64,000 nt of DNA from Candidatus Dadabacteria bacterium (GTDB lineage: Bacteria; Desulfobacterota_D; UBA1144; Nemesobacterales; CSP1-2), in NCBI GenBank assembly GCA_963805855.1, contig CAWDVW010000005.1, forward strand, positions 32,531 through 96,530, written 5' to 3'. Shown piece after piece: positions 39,561-49,696 of this stretch. Below the pieces are notes generated by a model. It had not been told where the DNA came from. It ran no database searches and saw nothing but the letters and a program-made list of their open reading frames with translations. The position numbers were made by a program, and so were the translations under genes. Position 1 is the first letter of the stretch, and each line of letters opens with the position of its first letter.

Positions 39561-39945
39561 CAATAGAGATCGCCAATGCACTTCTTCAATATATAACGTT
39601 CCACTCTCTTTCCGGTACGATAAGACGGAATATGTGCGTGTAATAATGAGCCTTATGAGTGGCACCAGCACACAGAAAAAAGAAAAATAAAACTAAGCAG
39701 CATAAAAAATACGATAAACTGAACATTATTTCAATCACCTATAACCTGAATTGCCGAGGTCGCATTTCGGTTTTCGCTCTAGACTGTGCATGCCCAAGAT
39801 CCTATAAGTTCGCTTTATAATATAACTTGGGAATATTACAAACGCCTTTCCCGAACATTACATTTTGGAAAGCACACTAAGTAAAACCAAGCGGTAGGAT
39901 CAGCGTCGAGATTGGAAGTTCGGGGAAAATTGCGTAGAAATAAAT

Positions 39946-40764
39946 TTACCATGAAAAAGTAAGTAGTAAACCCGCTCCATTTCCATCCGTGTAAGGAACA
40001 ACATGGAACCTGCTGTAACATTCATTTTTATGAATCTTTGCGATTCCCCTTCCGATCGCCGTGCCCAGAGCAGCTCCGAATATCACGTCTGATAGAAAAT
40101 GTTTGTTATCCGAAATGCGTGAGAATCCCACGTATCCGGCAAATAGGTATAGCGGTATCCCCGCATAATGACCATGCATCGAATCGATGGTCGAGGCCAG
40201 GGCAAAGCTCCCTGATACGTGGCCTGAAGGGAAAGATGAGCTAAATCGATTACCGCTTCCATCGGGTCTTTCCCTCCCTACAGAGACCTTAATGATGCTT
40301 GTCATGACTGCCGTTATAATCTCCGCCTCGATAAGGGCTCTACCAGTTTCAGCAACACCCTTATTCTTTGAAATTACTCCCAGAGTATAGGTCGAGAGCG
40401 CAATCGCAGCTAATGTAAATGCACTTCCTCCTATGTTTCCTATATCTCCGAAATCCCCTAATACGCCCTTAACATCCCCCTGTATGTCATTGTCGGCACC
40501 GGTTTGAGAAAGAGCTATAGCACCTCCGGTCCCTGCCCCAAGGATAGCAAGATTCCATCCCAAGAAGCTATTCCTTGTTCCAACCAGCAAATTTTTCGGA
40601 AGCGTTTTATAAAAGTAAGTTGTGAAATTTCCTTCTTCATTCCTTTGAGCCCAGACCTCTTCCGACTTAGCATTGAGCGTAGAAAACAGAAAAATGACGA
40701 TTAAAAGGCCTATACCGGATTTCCTTGTTACTCCTAAGGAACTGTGCACGCTTTTATCACTCAA
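39946..40764 (-). CDS. PAP2-family phosphatase
   Basis: KxxxxxxRP...PSGH...SRxxxxxHxxxD motifs (RERPDG, FPSGHVSG, SRISDNKHFLSD). Confidence 0.75.
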   Translation of the reverse strand: MSDKSVHSSLGVTRKSGIGLLIVIFLFSTLNAKSEEVWAQRNEEGNFTTYFYKTLPKNLLVGTRNSFLGWNLAILGAGTGGAIALSQTGADNDIQGDVKGVLGDFGDIGNIGGSAFTLAAIALSTYTLGVISKNKGVAETGRALIEAEIITAVMTSIIKVSVGRERPDGSGNRFSSSFPSGHVSGSFALASTIDSMHGHYAGIPLYLFAGYVGFSRISDNKHFLSDVIFGAALGTAIGRGIAKIHKNECYSRFHVVPYTDGNGAGLLLTFSW

Positions 40765-40786
40765 TCCTTGAACACGTTTTAAAACC

Positions 40787-40912
40787 GGAGACGGACACTT
40801 CTTAATTTGCGTTTACTATTCTGACCATGAGTAATGGACAAATAAACTGAACCCCCTTAAGTTCAGTTTATTTGAGCATATCACCTAAATGTTAATACAA
40901 GTGTCTGTCCCC
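40787..40912. mobile_element. Foldback/MITE-like element, copy 3 (126 bp)
   Basis: GGAGACGGACACT ... AGTGTCTGTCCCC. A 13-bp internal stem AAATAAACTGAAC/GTTCAGTTTATTT. Lies 5 bp downstream of the MFS gene stop. Confidence 0.65.
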
Positions 40913-40917
40913 TTATA

Positions 40918-42186
40918 CTATATCTCCAGTTTCTTGCCTTTCGTCTCCGGGAATGTCCAGATCCATGCACCAGTGAGCAGAGCAAAGAGAGCAGCAAGAG
41001 ATATACCGCCTCCGAGTCCATATTTCTCGGCAATCACGGCTATAATCACCGGAGTGAAAAACTGCACTCCTCGGGCTAAGTTGAAGGCTGACCCCATTGC
41101 CGTATTCCTGATTGCCGTCGGGAATACTTCAGAGAAGAGAGGACCATAGCCCCCAAACATCCCTGTCCCGAATCCAACCAGGAACATAAAAGCCAGGATA
41201 ATAGGTGGGTAGAGTGCGATCGCATACCACAACAAAGTAATCATTATAAGCCCCACTGCCATAATACAAGAATAAACCGTATAGGCGGGTCTCCTGCCAA
41301 ACCTGTCGGCGACGAAGCCAAACGTGAAGTAACCAAGAAAACCACCCAGTTGAGTCACCAGCATCCAAGCAGCTGATTTGGCAATAGAAAATTGCCTCTG
41401 CTGATGGAGGTAGCCGGGGAGCCAGGAGTAGGTAAACCAATATGCCGACATATCAAATATTGCCAGGACAAGGGACAGAATAAACATTTTTCTGTGCGCT
41501 CTCGAGAATAGAATGGAAAATTTACCACGCTCCTCATTCGCAGCCGAACCCTTCGGTAGAACTCCCTCGTCAATCAATCTCTTCCTCCTCAACCAGATGT
41601 CCGACTCAGGCAATCTTTTCCTGACAATGATTACAAGTAAAGCGGGCAACACGGAAATAAAAAAACAAATTCTCCAACCAATAACGGGCTCAACAAATCC
41701 ACCAACAATTGATGCTAGGGCAATGCCAATTGGAGCGCCCGTCTGCATAAATGCCCCGTATCTGCCCCGCACTTTTGGGGGGAATGTCTCTCCGACATAG
41801 GTCTGCCCTGTGGCCCATTCACCTCCGACACCCAATCCGGTAATAATTCGAAATACCATCAGGAGCTCAAGGTTCGAAGCAAGTCCGCTCAAGAAAGTCC
41901 CAATACTGTATGTTAAAATCGTCCATTGAAGCACACTCCTCCGGCCATAGCGATCCGATAGGAATCCAAAGATAACGCCCCCAACCGCGGTTGCCGCCAA
42001 AGACGCACCTAGAACATACGAAAGCGTCAAATTGGAGAAATGCATTTCCTTTCCTATGGGGATGAGAAGAAAGGTAAAAAGGATTAGATCATAGAAATCA
42101 AAAATCCATCCCGCCCAACTTAGTAGAAGGATTGAATAGTGCTGGCCTGTAGGCTTCTCATATTCGTTTAGTAATATCTTTTCCAT
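40918..42186 (-). CDS. MFS transporter (metabolite:H+ symporter type), paralog of 53344..54717
   Basis: 12-TM MFS. GxLxDRxGRR and GLGVGGEW motifs. Clear collinearity with the second MFS gene. Confidence 0.8.
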   Translation of the reverse strand: MEKILLNEYEKPTGQHYSILLLSWAGWIFDFYDLILFTFLLIPIGKEMHFSNLTLSYVLGASLAATAVGGVIFGFLSDRYGRRSVLQWTILTYSIGTFLSGLASNLELLMVFRIITGLGVGGEWATGQTYVGETFPPKVRGRYGAFMQTGAPIGIALASIVGGFVEPVIGWRICFFISVLPALLVIIVRKRLPESDIWLRRKRLIDEGVLPKGSAANEERGKFSILFSRAHRKMFILSLVLAIFDMSAYWFTYSWLPGYLHQQRQFSIAKSAAWMLVTQLGGFLGYFTFGFVADRFGRRPAYTVYSCIMAVGLIMITLLWYAIALYPPIILAFMFLVGFGTGMFGGYGPLFSEVFPTAIRNTAMGSAFNLARGVQFFTPVIIAVIAEKYGLGGGISLAALFALLTGAWIWTFPETKGKKLEI

Positions 42187-42195
42187 CTAAGAAAA

Positions 42196-42355
42196 TGGGG
42201 ACAGAGTCCAATTGTTAGTGCATGAGCATAAAATCATTCCTAAATCGCAGGGTTGTGAGAGCATTAACAAATTCGCCGCCGACAATACAATCAACGATCC
42301 CCAAAAATGAAGATATTAGAGAGCCCCCTATTAAAGAAAAAGAGTCTGTCCATAA
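42196..42355. mobile_element. Degenerate foldback/MITE-like element, copy 4
   Basis: GGGGACAGAGTCC ... AGAGTCTGTCC termini. Immediately upstream of the MFS start codon. Confidence 0.45.
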
Positions 42356-42364
42356 TCTATTGAT

Positions 42365-43285
42365 CTATGGTTTCAGAGTTAATACTGCACAGGGAGATTC
42401 TTGAACTACCTTTTCTGTTACACTCCCCAAAATAAGCCGCTTAACCCCCTTTCTTCCGTGAGAATTGATTACTATTAAGTCAACGCTTTTACTAGATGCA
42501 TACTCAACTATCGCGACCGCAGGATTTAGTTTCTGAGTCATCGCCGTGCTGATTTCTAATTTTTTGACCCCTTTTTTCTGAGTCCCGCGCCTCGCCTTTA
42601 TCTCCTCAATCCTTTTTTCAAGTTCCTTAGAAGAATCCTCCAACAACAGTTCCATTACACTGGAATGAATTCCATAGTCAGAATAGTCGTAGATGCTTAA
42701 CTTGAAAACGTACATAACTGAAATATTGGCGTCTATCCTCTCCCCTAAGTCTATCGCATAGTTGATGGCAGAGTCTACCTTTTCATCTATGTCTAGTGGA
42801 ACAAGAATATTACGTATATTCACCTCACTTTTTCCATCACGCTTCCTGACCGCCAGCACGGGTATACTGGATTCTCTTAGGACTCTAAGCGTCGTGCTTC
42901 CGACGAGCATCCTATCTATAAGCCCGAGTCCTCGTTTCCCCAAAACTATGAGGCTTGCTTTCTCATTATGGGCAAATCTAACAATCTCCTTATACGGTTC
43001 TCCTTTTAAAATTTCTCCTCGAAAATTAAGTCCCTGACCACTCAGATCATCGGCAGTTGCAGCTAATCTCGCAGCAAAATCCCCTTCAGCCTTTTTTAAC
43101 CACCCGTAGTGTTCGCTTTTAGGATCTGTAACGTAGTCATATATCAGTCTTTCAGGCATTTCAATCACATGAACACCTATTATTTCTGAGTTGAATCTTT
43201 GGGCAAAAAATCTTGCATAGTTTAGAGCCTCCTCAGATTCCTTTGAACCATCGGTAGCCCAGATTATCTTTTCCATTTCTCTCAT
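42365..43285 (-). CDS. Universal stress protein, tandem UspA domains
   Basis: Two Usp-like halves. Start taken at the internal Met preceded by GGAGGG. Confidence 0.75.
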   Translation of the reverse strand: MREMEKIIWATDGSKESEEALNYARFFAQRFNSEIIGVHVIEMPERLIYDYVTDPKSEHYGWLKKAEGDFAARLAATADDLSGQGLNFRGEILKGEPYKEIVRFAHNEKASLIVLGKRGLGLIDRMLVGSTTLRVLRESSIPVLAVRKRDGKSEVNIRNILVPLDIDEKVDSAINYAIDLGERIDANISVMYVFKLSIYDYSDYGIHSSVMELLLEDSSKELEKRIEEIKARRGTQKKGVKKLEISTAMTQKLNPAVAIVEYASSKSVDLIVINSHGRKGVKRLILGSVTEKVVQESPCAVLTLKP

Positions 43286-43504
43286 AAGGTTCGTCCCTCC
43301 CTGATACGGCCAAACACAACTCAAAAAACGCCGCGCTTAAACACGTTACCGCAATTTAATTTACACCTCAACTGATACATACCCGTATCAATTGCAGTTA
43401 GCAAGATCTATGGGCGTCTTGCCTTAATCTTATACTATAAACTCGATTTATAATCCGGGAGTAAGTATGAGGTTGTCAGAATTTAGTTTTCAACAAAAAT
43501 GGTG

Positions 43505-43582
43505 GAGGATGGAGGACTAAAGCCCTCCTCTACAAAAAAATCAAAACAATGTAGCGGCGACCTTTAGGTCGCCAAGAACACC
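43505..43582. repeat. REP-like double hairpin unit (GGAGGACtaaagCCCTCC ... GGCGACCtttaGGTCGCC)
   Basis: Collinear with 49266..49340 and related to the 14190..14385 cluster. Confidence 0.6.
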
Positions 43583-43626
43583 TCACTCAGCCAGTCGGGG
43601 ATTGTAAATGTTACGTAAGTCAGCAA

Positions 43627-43913
43627 CAGTATCTTAGATTTTAAATGGGCATTCAAAAAATTTCCAAAATCAATTCCGGAAGCGTTAAAAAAAGATTTGG
43701 GGTTGTGGTTGGATTAAATATTTTTAGCTGTAGGAATTGATTTAATAATTCCTAATTTTTTGTAGCCCTCGATTTTTGTTTCTTTGTATCAAGACAAAGA
43801 AAAAAAATTAAACAATGGATTCCTGATAAAAAAGTTCGAGGATGACGGAAGAGTAAACTTCCAGTAAATCTATTATTTTTTGGATTTTGTCCACGAAATA
43901 TCTAACATCTACA
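43627..43913. repeat. Non-coding repeat family B, copy 2
   Basis: See 8795..9138. The conserved TTTCTTTGTatcaagACAAAGAAA hairpin is at 43779-43802. Confidence 0.7.
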
Positions 43914-43968
43914 GGGGATGACAGAATACCGGATGCCCCCAAATTTTTGAACCAAAAGCGTATCAGGT

Positions 43969-45672
43969 TCAGGGCTGGCCCAAAGAGACCTTTCTTATTG
44001 GAACTGTTTCATTCATCATCGATCTTATCTTTTCTAACCCAACGCGGTCACAGAAGTCGCCAAATCTTTCATCATTCATTGTCATATTTTTATACAAATC
44101 CAGTAAACTACCTATTCTATCAGCCAGTACCGAATCATCGACATGCTCTTCGAAAAGCTTATTAAGTCTGGTCCCCTCATAATTCCCACCGAGATAAATA
44201 TTGTATTTATGAGGCGAAGTCCCTATGATTCCGATTTCAGCGATGGGCGGTCTTGAACATGAGTTTGGACAACCACTCATGCGCATTTTTATATCTTCCT
44301 CTCCAAAACCCCTTTTTTCTAGCTCATCTATAAGTGATGGTAAATATCTCTCAGATTCCGCAAGAGCAAGTCCACAAGTAGGGAGTGCTGGACAGGCCAT
44401 AGCATTGGTCCTTAGTCTAGAATATTCACTTTCTGTTTTAATCCCGTATCTTTCTAACTTATTTTTTAACTCTCCTATTTTCCCCGTTGGGATATTAGTC
44501 AGCACGACATCTTGCAATGGGGTGAGCCTAATTCCAGGGCTGAAATTACGGACGATTTCACGGAGACCTTTTTTCATTTTACTTTCTTTTGTGTCTTTGA
44601 TTCTTCCATTTTCGACGAATATACCTACATACCAGAGACCTTGTGTGTTTTGTTCGTGCCATCCCAGATGATTTTCTATATTGCTAAGTTTCACAGGCTT
44701 TGGGTTTGAAAGTTTACGTCCCAGCCTCGTCTCGAGCTCATTCCTGACTCTTTGAACGCCCCATTCCTCTACTACGTACTTTAGCCTCGCGTGTTTTCTG
44801 TCTGCCCTGTCGCCATGGTCTCTTTGAAATTCGACGATCCTCGTAACTGTGTCGAGTAGTCTTTCGGGTTCAACAAACGCTATCGGATCGCCGAGGCGAG
44901 GATAGGTCTTAGCCTGCCTGTGCGTGGTTCCCAGGCCTCCGCCAACCATTATATTGAATCCCAGCAGTCTTTCATTCAAGACGGGCACAATTCCAATATC
45001 GTGTGTGTGCACATCGATGCAGTTATCATCAGGATGCCCTATGCCGATTTTGAATTTTCTTGGAAGATAGGTTTTACCATAAATGCTTTCTGCCTCATCA
45101 TCATCGGTTATTCGCTCGCCATTCACCCAGATTTCGTGATAAGACTTAGATTTAAAACTTAGCTCTTCAGATATTAGTCTCGCCCATTTCTGAGTGTCAA
45201 AGCTTGATTCCTTCCTGATATCGGAAACAGGACAAGCAACCGTATTACGGTTCCCGTCTCCACAAGCACCATAAGTTGAAATTTTTTCTGAATTTAGAAG
45301 TTGAATTGCTCTTTTGAGATTGCTTTTACCTACTCCATGAAATTGAATGTCTTGCCTTGTCGTAATGCGGAGGGTTCCATCGGCACACTGATCAGATATT
45401 CTATTCAGGACTTCCCACTGCTCTCCCGAAAGCTCTCCGCCTGGATGCTTGGTCCTTATCATGAAAATGTATTTCTTATCTTTACCCTCTGTCTTAAGCG
45501 CCTGCCTCAGGTCTCTATCATCTTGCTGGTATATGCCGTGGAACTTTAGAATTTGATAATCTTCATGTGAAAAATGGTCAGTTTCTTTCCTGAGTTCTTC
45601 AGCGATTGAGCCACGTAAACCATTACTGTCTTCTTTGATGACTTCGACTTTAGATTTTTGAATACCGCCCAT
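43969..45672 (-). CDS. Assimilatory-type sulfite reductase hemoprotein (CysI/Sir-like, 567 aa)
   Basis: Siroheme and 4Fe-4S Cys cluster (CPALPTCGLA...; MSGCPNSCSRP) and two ferredoxin-like half-domain repeats. Confidence 0.85.
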   Translation of the reverse strand: MGGIQKSKVEVIKEDSNGLRGSIAEELRKETDHFSHEDYQILKFHGIYQQDDRDLRQALKTEGKDKKYIFMIRTKHPGGELSGEQWEVLNRISDQCADGTLRITTRQDIQFHGVGKSNLKRAIQLLNSEKISTYGACGDGNRNTVACPVSDIRKESSFDTQKWARLISEELSFKSKSYHEIWVNGERITDDDEAESIYGKTYLPRKFKIGIGHPDDNCIDVHTHDIGIVPVLNERLLGFNIMVGGGLGTTHRQAKTYPRLGDPIAFVEPERLLDTVTRIVEFQRDHGDRADRKHARLKYVVEEWGVQRVRNELETRLGRKLSNPKPVKLSNIENHLGWHEQNTQGLWYVGIFVENGRIKDTKESKMKKGLREIVRNFSPGIRLTPLQDVVLTNIPTGKIGELKNKLERYGIKTESEYSRLRTNAMACPALPTCGLALAESERYLPSLIDELEKRGFGEEDIKMRMSGCPNSCSRPPIAEIGIIGTSPHKYNIYLGGNYEGTRLNKLFEEHVDDSVLADRIGSLLDLYKNMTMNDERFGDFCDRVGLEKIRSMMNETVPIRKVSLGQP

Positions 45673-45757
45673 TCACTTAATCTCCCTGCTTCCTTGTTAT
45701 CAAAGAAATCCTCATTCCGCAAACCAAAGCACCCAAATTAAGATGCCCAGAATGTTA

Positions 45758-46054
45758 TTATTTTTCGTAAGGCGGATTACTCACTATTTTTGTATCCTCT
45801 GGTGGAGTTCTTAAATCCGGAAATGCGTTTCTATTCTTCGCAATAAAATCTCTCCATTTATCCGGTAGCTCATCTTCATGGTATATAGCGTCAACCGGAC
45901 AGGGATCGACGCATGCACCGCAGTCTATGCATTCTTCCGGATGTATTAAGAGTTGATCTGCGCCCTCGATTTCATAAATACAATCTACCGGGCACACTGC
46001 AACACATGATTTGTCTAAGGTGCCTATGCAAGGTTCTGCGATTATATAAGCCAT
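45758..46054 (-). CDS. Ferredoxin with two Cys clusters (2x[4Fe-4S] or 7Fe type)
   Basis: CIGTLDKSCVAVCP and CIDCGACVDPCP. Confidence 0.8.
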   Translation of the reverse strand: MAYIIAEPCIGTLDKSCVAVCPVDCIYEIEGADQLLIHPEECIDCGACVDPCPVDAIYHEDELPDKWRDFIAKNRNAFPDLRTPPEDTKIVSNPPYEK

Positions 46055-46232
46055 GAGTAACCCCCCTAACGAAATTTTTAATTATTATTCTCAGCCCTTT
46101 ATCAAGAGATTTCCTTCCATTTCGTTTCCTATCGCCTAAATTTAAAACCTACTTACATAACATTTCTTTTGCTTAAAAGCATCTCTCCGATGGTTAAGTC
46201 TTGATATCAGCATTTTGTTCTAAACTAAATCC

Positions 46233-47384
46233 CTACCCGCGAAAACCCTCTAGCGTTTCTCTCATGCTTGATTTTGCAAGCTTCTCTATTGCTGCTTTTT
46301 CGATCTGCCTTATGCGCTCACGAGTAATCCCAAATTCCCTTCCAAGTTCGTCTAATGTGAACGTATCATTTCGATCTAGGCCATACCTCATCCTAAGTAT
46401 CTCATTTTCCCTGGGAGTAAGAAGCGTTAAAGCATCCTTTATTTTCTCTTTAAGTGTTTCCCTATCAGATATCGAATCCGGGGCTGGTAACACCTCATCC
46501 ACCATAAAATCGAGCAGTGTATTTTGCTCCGTTGCTATTATGGGTGAGTCCAGGCTGATAACATTTTTCTCCGCATTCAAAATCCTGTGTACAAGAGTGA
46601 CAGGAATTTCTAATTCCCTTGCAATTTCTTCAGGAGTTAGTTTTCTTTTCATCTCCTTTTGAAGCATTGAGCATATTTTGTATAACTTGCGCGCTTCCTC
46701 CTGCAGATATACTGGCACCTTTATTGTCCGTGTCTGATCCATAAGCGACCTCCCTGTCGCCTGGTGTATCCACCATGAAGCATATGTTGAAAATTTACAG
46801 CCCATTCTGTGGTCAAACTTATCTACAGCTCTCATCAAGCCGATATTGCCCTCCTGAATAAGATCCGGTAGCGGTAGTCCCATGCCGACGTATCTCTTCG
46901 CGATACTTACAACTAATCTTAAGTTCGCTCTCACAAACCTATCTTTAAGTCTCTTTGCTGTTGCCGAGTATACTTTCACTAAAGCTTTGAGAATATTCTC
47001 CTTGCTTGATCGCCTTTTATCCTTTCTGATTTTATGTCGATCCCCATTTCTGGAACTATTCTCTTCTTCCCTTCTTGATAACCTATCCTGCAGTGTCTTT
47101 ATTTCGTCTATCTTTGATTGGCATTTCTTTATTGTTGCTGATATCTCTATCTCATCCCTTCGAGTAAGTAGCCGTTCACTTGCCATGACTTTAAAATAAG
47201 GGTAGAGGATTCTAAACTGCTCATCTAAAGTCCTATCCACTTTATCCGGGGAACGCGGTTGTTCGAGTTCGATCCCCTGTTTGGGCTCCACCATATCTGC
47301 CATGGTATCTTCGAGGTCAGAATATGTAAAAAAGCCCTCGCCTTCCCGAACAAACCCATTAAACTCTATCTCGTTTCTCTTCAT
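46233..47384 (-). CDS. Sigma-70 family RNA polymerase sigma factor (RpoD/RpoS-like, regions 1.2-4)
   Basis: Region 2 ([18 protein letters not shown]...YASWWIHQA) and a region 4 HTH ([20 protein letters not shown]). Confidence 0.8.
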   Translation of the reverse strand: MKRNEIEFNGFVREGEGFFTYSDLEDTMADMVEPKQGIELEQPRSPDKVDRTLDEQFRILYPYFKVMASERLLTRRDEIEISATIKKCQSKIDEIKTLQDRLSRREEENSSRNGDRHKIRKDKRRSSKENILKALVKVYSATAKRLKDRFVRANLRLVVSIAKRYVGMGLPLPDLIQEGNIGLMRAVDKFDHRMGCKFSTYASWWIHQATGRSLMDQTRTIKVPVYLQEEARKLYKICSMLQKEMKRKLTPEEIARELEIPVTLVHRILNAEKNVISLDSPIIATEQNTLLDFMVDEVLPAPDSISDRETLKEKIKDALTLLTPRENEILRMRYGLDRNDTFTLDELGREFGITRERIRQIEKAAIEKLAKSSMRETLEGFRG

Positions 47385-47468
47385 CTTTTACTACCGTCCC
47401 AATTATTAGCAAGGATACCTAATAATTAGGAATGCTAAATAAGTCCTCTAAATTTTTTTAGTTCATTC

Positions 47469-48101
47469 TTAACTCAGAGCCTCTTTGTAATCAGGGCACT
47501 CCATGTAAATTTCTTTTTCACTCAACAAAATATTTAGACACCTGCAGTAATGAGGTTTTTCCGATCCCGGATACTTATTTGAGATAAAAAAACAACAAGA
47601 TCTGCATACATCCATGGAAAATCCGTATCCTTTCTCTATGAGCTTCCTGGCTAATTTCATAAGAAGCTTACCCAAAATCTCTTGTTCTTCGTGATTGAAT
47701 TCCGAAATTAATTTTTCTATTTCTTTGCCAAAATTTTCAAATACGCTTATAGCCCTAATACCCTTGGGAGTCAAGCTTACCAAAACCCTTCTTTTATCAT
47801 TTGATTTTCTGCTCCTGACGATAAATTTCTTGTTTTCCAGAGTATCAAGTATACCGCTTATAGTAGCGGGAGTGCATGTGAGGTGTTTTGCAAGTGTATT
47901 TACAGTAGCGGCGTCGGGTCTTATATATTTCAAGAACAAAAGTGACTGCACCTGCGTAGGCGTTAGATGTTTTGACTTGCTCTCATCCCACTGAAGGTGC
48001 TTTATAGCTTTGCCTATGGTGAACAGAGTCCGCGATATCTGAGCACTTACATTCCCCTGCCTGTATATTGGATCGAATATAGACTTATTTGATCCCGTCA
48101 T
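47469..48101 (-). CDS. MarR-family regulator with a C-terminal 7-Cys extension
   Basis: MarR wHTH (TPTQVQSLLFL...) plus CRSCCFF...HYCRCL...MECPDY. Confidence 0.65.
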   Translation of the reverse strand: MTGSNKSIFDPIYRQGNVSAQISRTLFTIGKAIKHLQWDESKSKHLTPTQVQSLLFLKYIRPDAATVNTLAKHLTCTPATISGILDTLENKKFIVRSRKSNDKRRVLVSLTPKGIRAISVFENFGKEIEKLISEFNHEEQEILGKLLMKLARKLIEKGYGFSMDVCRSCCFFISNKYPGSEKPHYCRCLNILLSEKEIYMECPDYKEALS

Positions 48102-48263
48102 TTTGGATTCCTAAATACTTTTATACTATCAAACCGCGACTAACGTGTCAAACCTGGCGATATAAATTTATCTATCTTAGGAGTAAGTGCCACTTCTCGA
48201 GAAAACCAAGGGTATTGCTTAGCTGAGGAATTACGCGCCCAAGCTAAAGGCTGCGATTCAACC

Positions 48264-49055
48264 CTACATCTTAACTGCCAGTAGAGAGATGCTTTTTACA
48301 CCAAACTTCTTGCTAGCACCCCGGGCATTATCAGAGATGAATTGATACTGCGGATTATGCTGTACGGCCTCTACGCGCAGGCCCGCTGCTTCAATAGCCG
48401 CGCGGTAACTATCCTGTTGCATGGCGCCCCCGATGCAGGCCGCCCACAGTGTAGTATTGCACGTGATACCGTCCGGAAGTTGCATCTCGGTTACGATGTC
48501 CGAGATCGTAAGGCGTCCGCCAGGTTTCAGCACCCTTCGAGCCTCCTGAAAAACCTTTGCTTTGTCGGGGGCAAGATTGATCACCCCGTTGCTGATTACG
48601 GCATCGAAGCTCTCGTCTTCGCAAGGGACAGCATCTATGTAGCCCTTGAGATAGGTGATGTTATTGAATCCCGCCCGGTCACGAAGGCGCTCCGCCTTGG
48701 AGCGCTGTTCATCAGTCATGTCGACTCCTACCACTCTGCCACTCTGTCCCACCTTCAAGGCGGCAACGAATGTGTCCATCCCCGATCCACTGCCAAGATC
48801 AACTACGCTTTCACCCTCATTCAGCTTCAATAGATGGAAATAGTAACCGACGCCGGCAAACGAATCGATCGCTTCCGACGGGATCCGGTCAAGGTCTTCT
48901 GGTGAATAGCCCAATCTTTCCGCCATGGCGCGTCCCATCTCGAAGTGGAACTCTCCATGAGGGTTTACCGCAACATCGCGGTACATGTCCTTAACCTTTT
49001 GTTCCAGTTCAGACTCATTGATTGATTTAATAACGGCATCTCTTTTTGCAGCCAT
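48264..49055 (-). CDS. SAM-dependent methyltransferase, ArsM/UbiE-like
   Basis: Motif I VVDLGSGSGMD. ISNGVINL and WAACIGGA resemble the ArsM family. Confidence 0.65.
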   Translation of the reverse strand: MAAKRDAVIKSINESELEQKVKDMYRDVAVNPHGEFHFEMGRAMAERLGYSPEDLDRIPSEAIDSFAGVGYYFHLLKLNEGESVVDLGSGSGMDTFVAALKVGQSGRVVGVDMTDEQRSKAERLRDRAGFNNITYLKGYIDAVPCEDESFDAVISNGVINLAPDKAKVFQEARRVLKPGGRLTISDIVTEMQLPDGITCNTTLWAACIGGAMQQDSYRAAIEAAGLRVEAVQHNPQYQFISDNARGASKKFGVKSISLLAVKM

Positions 49056-49265
49056 ATTCCCCTCCTGTAACTTTGATAAGAACTCCTTGTTTCTCTTCTT
49101 CCAAACCGCTAACCACTTATTATACAGATTTTCTCTTTATTATAAACCGAAACATCCCACCCACGCCAAGGACACGTCATGTATACCGGGTCCAAGATTC
49201 CTACAGTAGAGGGAATCTTCGCACCGCCACGCAGGGATAGAAAACCCCGCTAGTAGGAAATGATG

Positions 49266-49340
49266 TAGGATGGAGGACTAAAGTCCTCCGCTACGAAGAA
49301 TCATAATAATGTACCGGTGACCTTTCGGTCGCCACCCATA
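49266..49340. repeat. REP-like double hairpin unit (GGAGGACtaaagGTCCTCC ... GGTGACCtttcGGTCGCC)
   Basis: Collinear with 43505..43582. Confidence 0.6.
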
Positions 49341-49623
49341 CCCCAATGAGACATTCCGAGATGCGACATTGTCATCCTTCGACCTGGCTCAGGATGTCCG
49401 GGTTCAGGCGTTCCCGTCCATGTAACTCAAGGATAGGGATGCAGACCACGGGTCTGTCCTTAACCTTATACTATGAACGCCATTTACAATCCGGTCATAA
49501 GAACGGGGTTTTTAGAATCTATCTTTCAAGGAGTTCAAGCAGCTATTTGCGCGACTTTTCTATCCCAAATGGTATAAAGTTTAGCACTGACCCCAAAGAC
49601 GTTTTAAAATTATGGGAGAGAAA

Positions 49624-49696
<73 letters not shown>

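Noticed and set aside
30091-42355. Possibility that the repeated 125-bp elements are a CRISPR array
   Set aside because: Copies are kilobases apart, the unit is far longer than a CRISPR repeat and is internally palindromic, and there are no regular spacers or cas genes.
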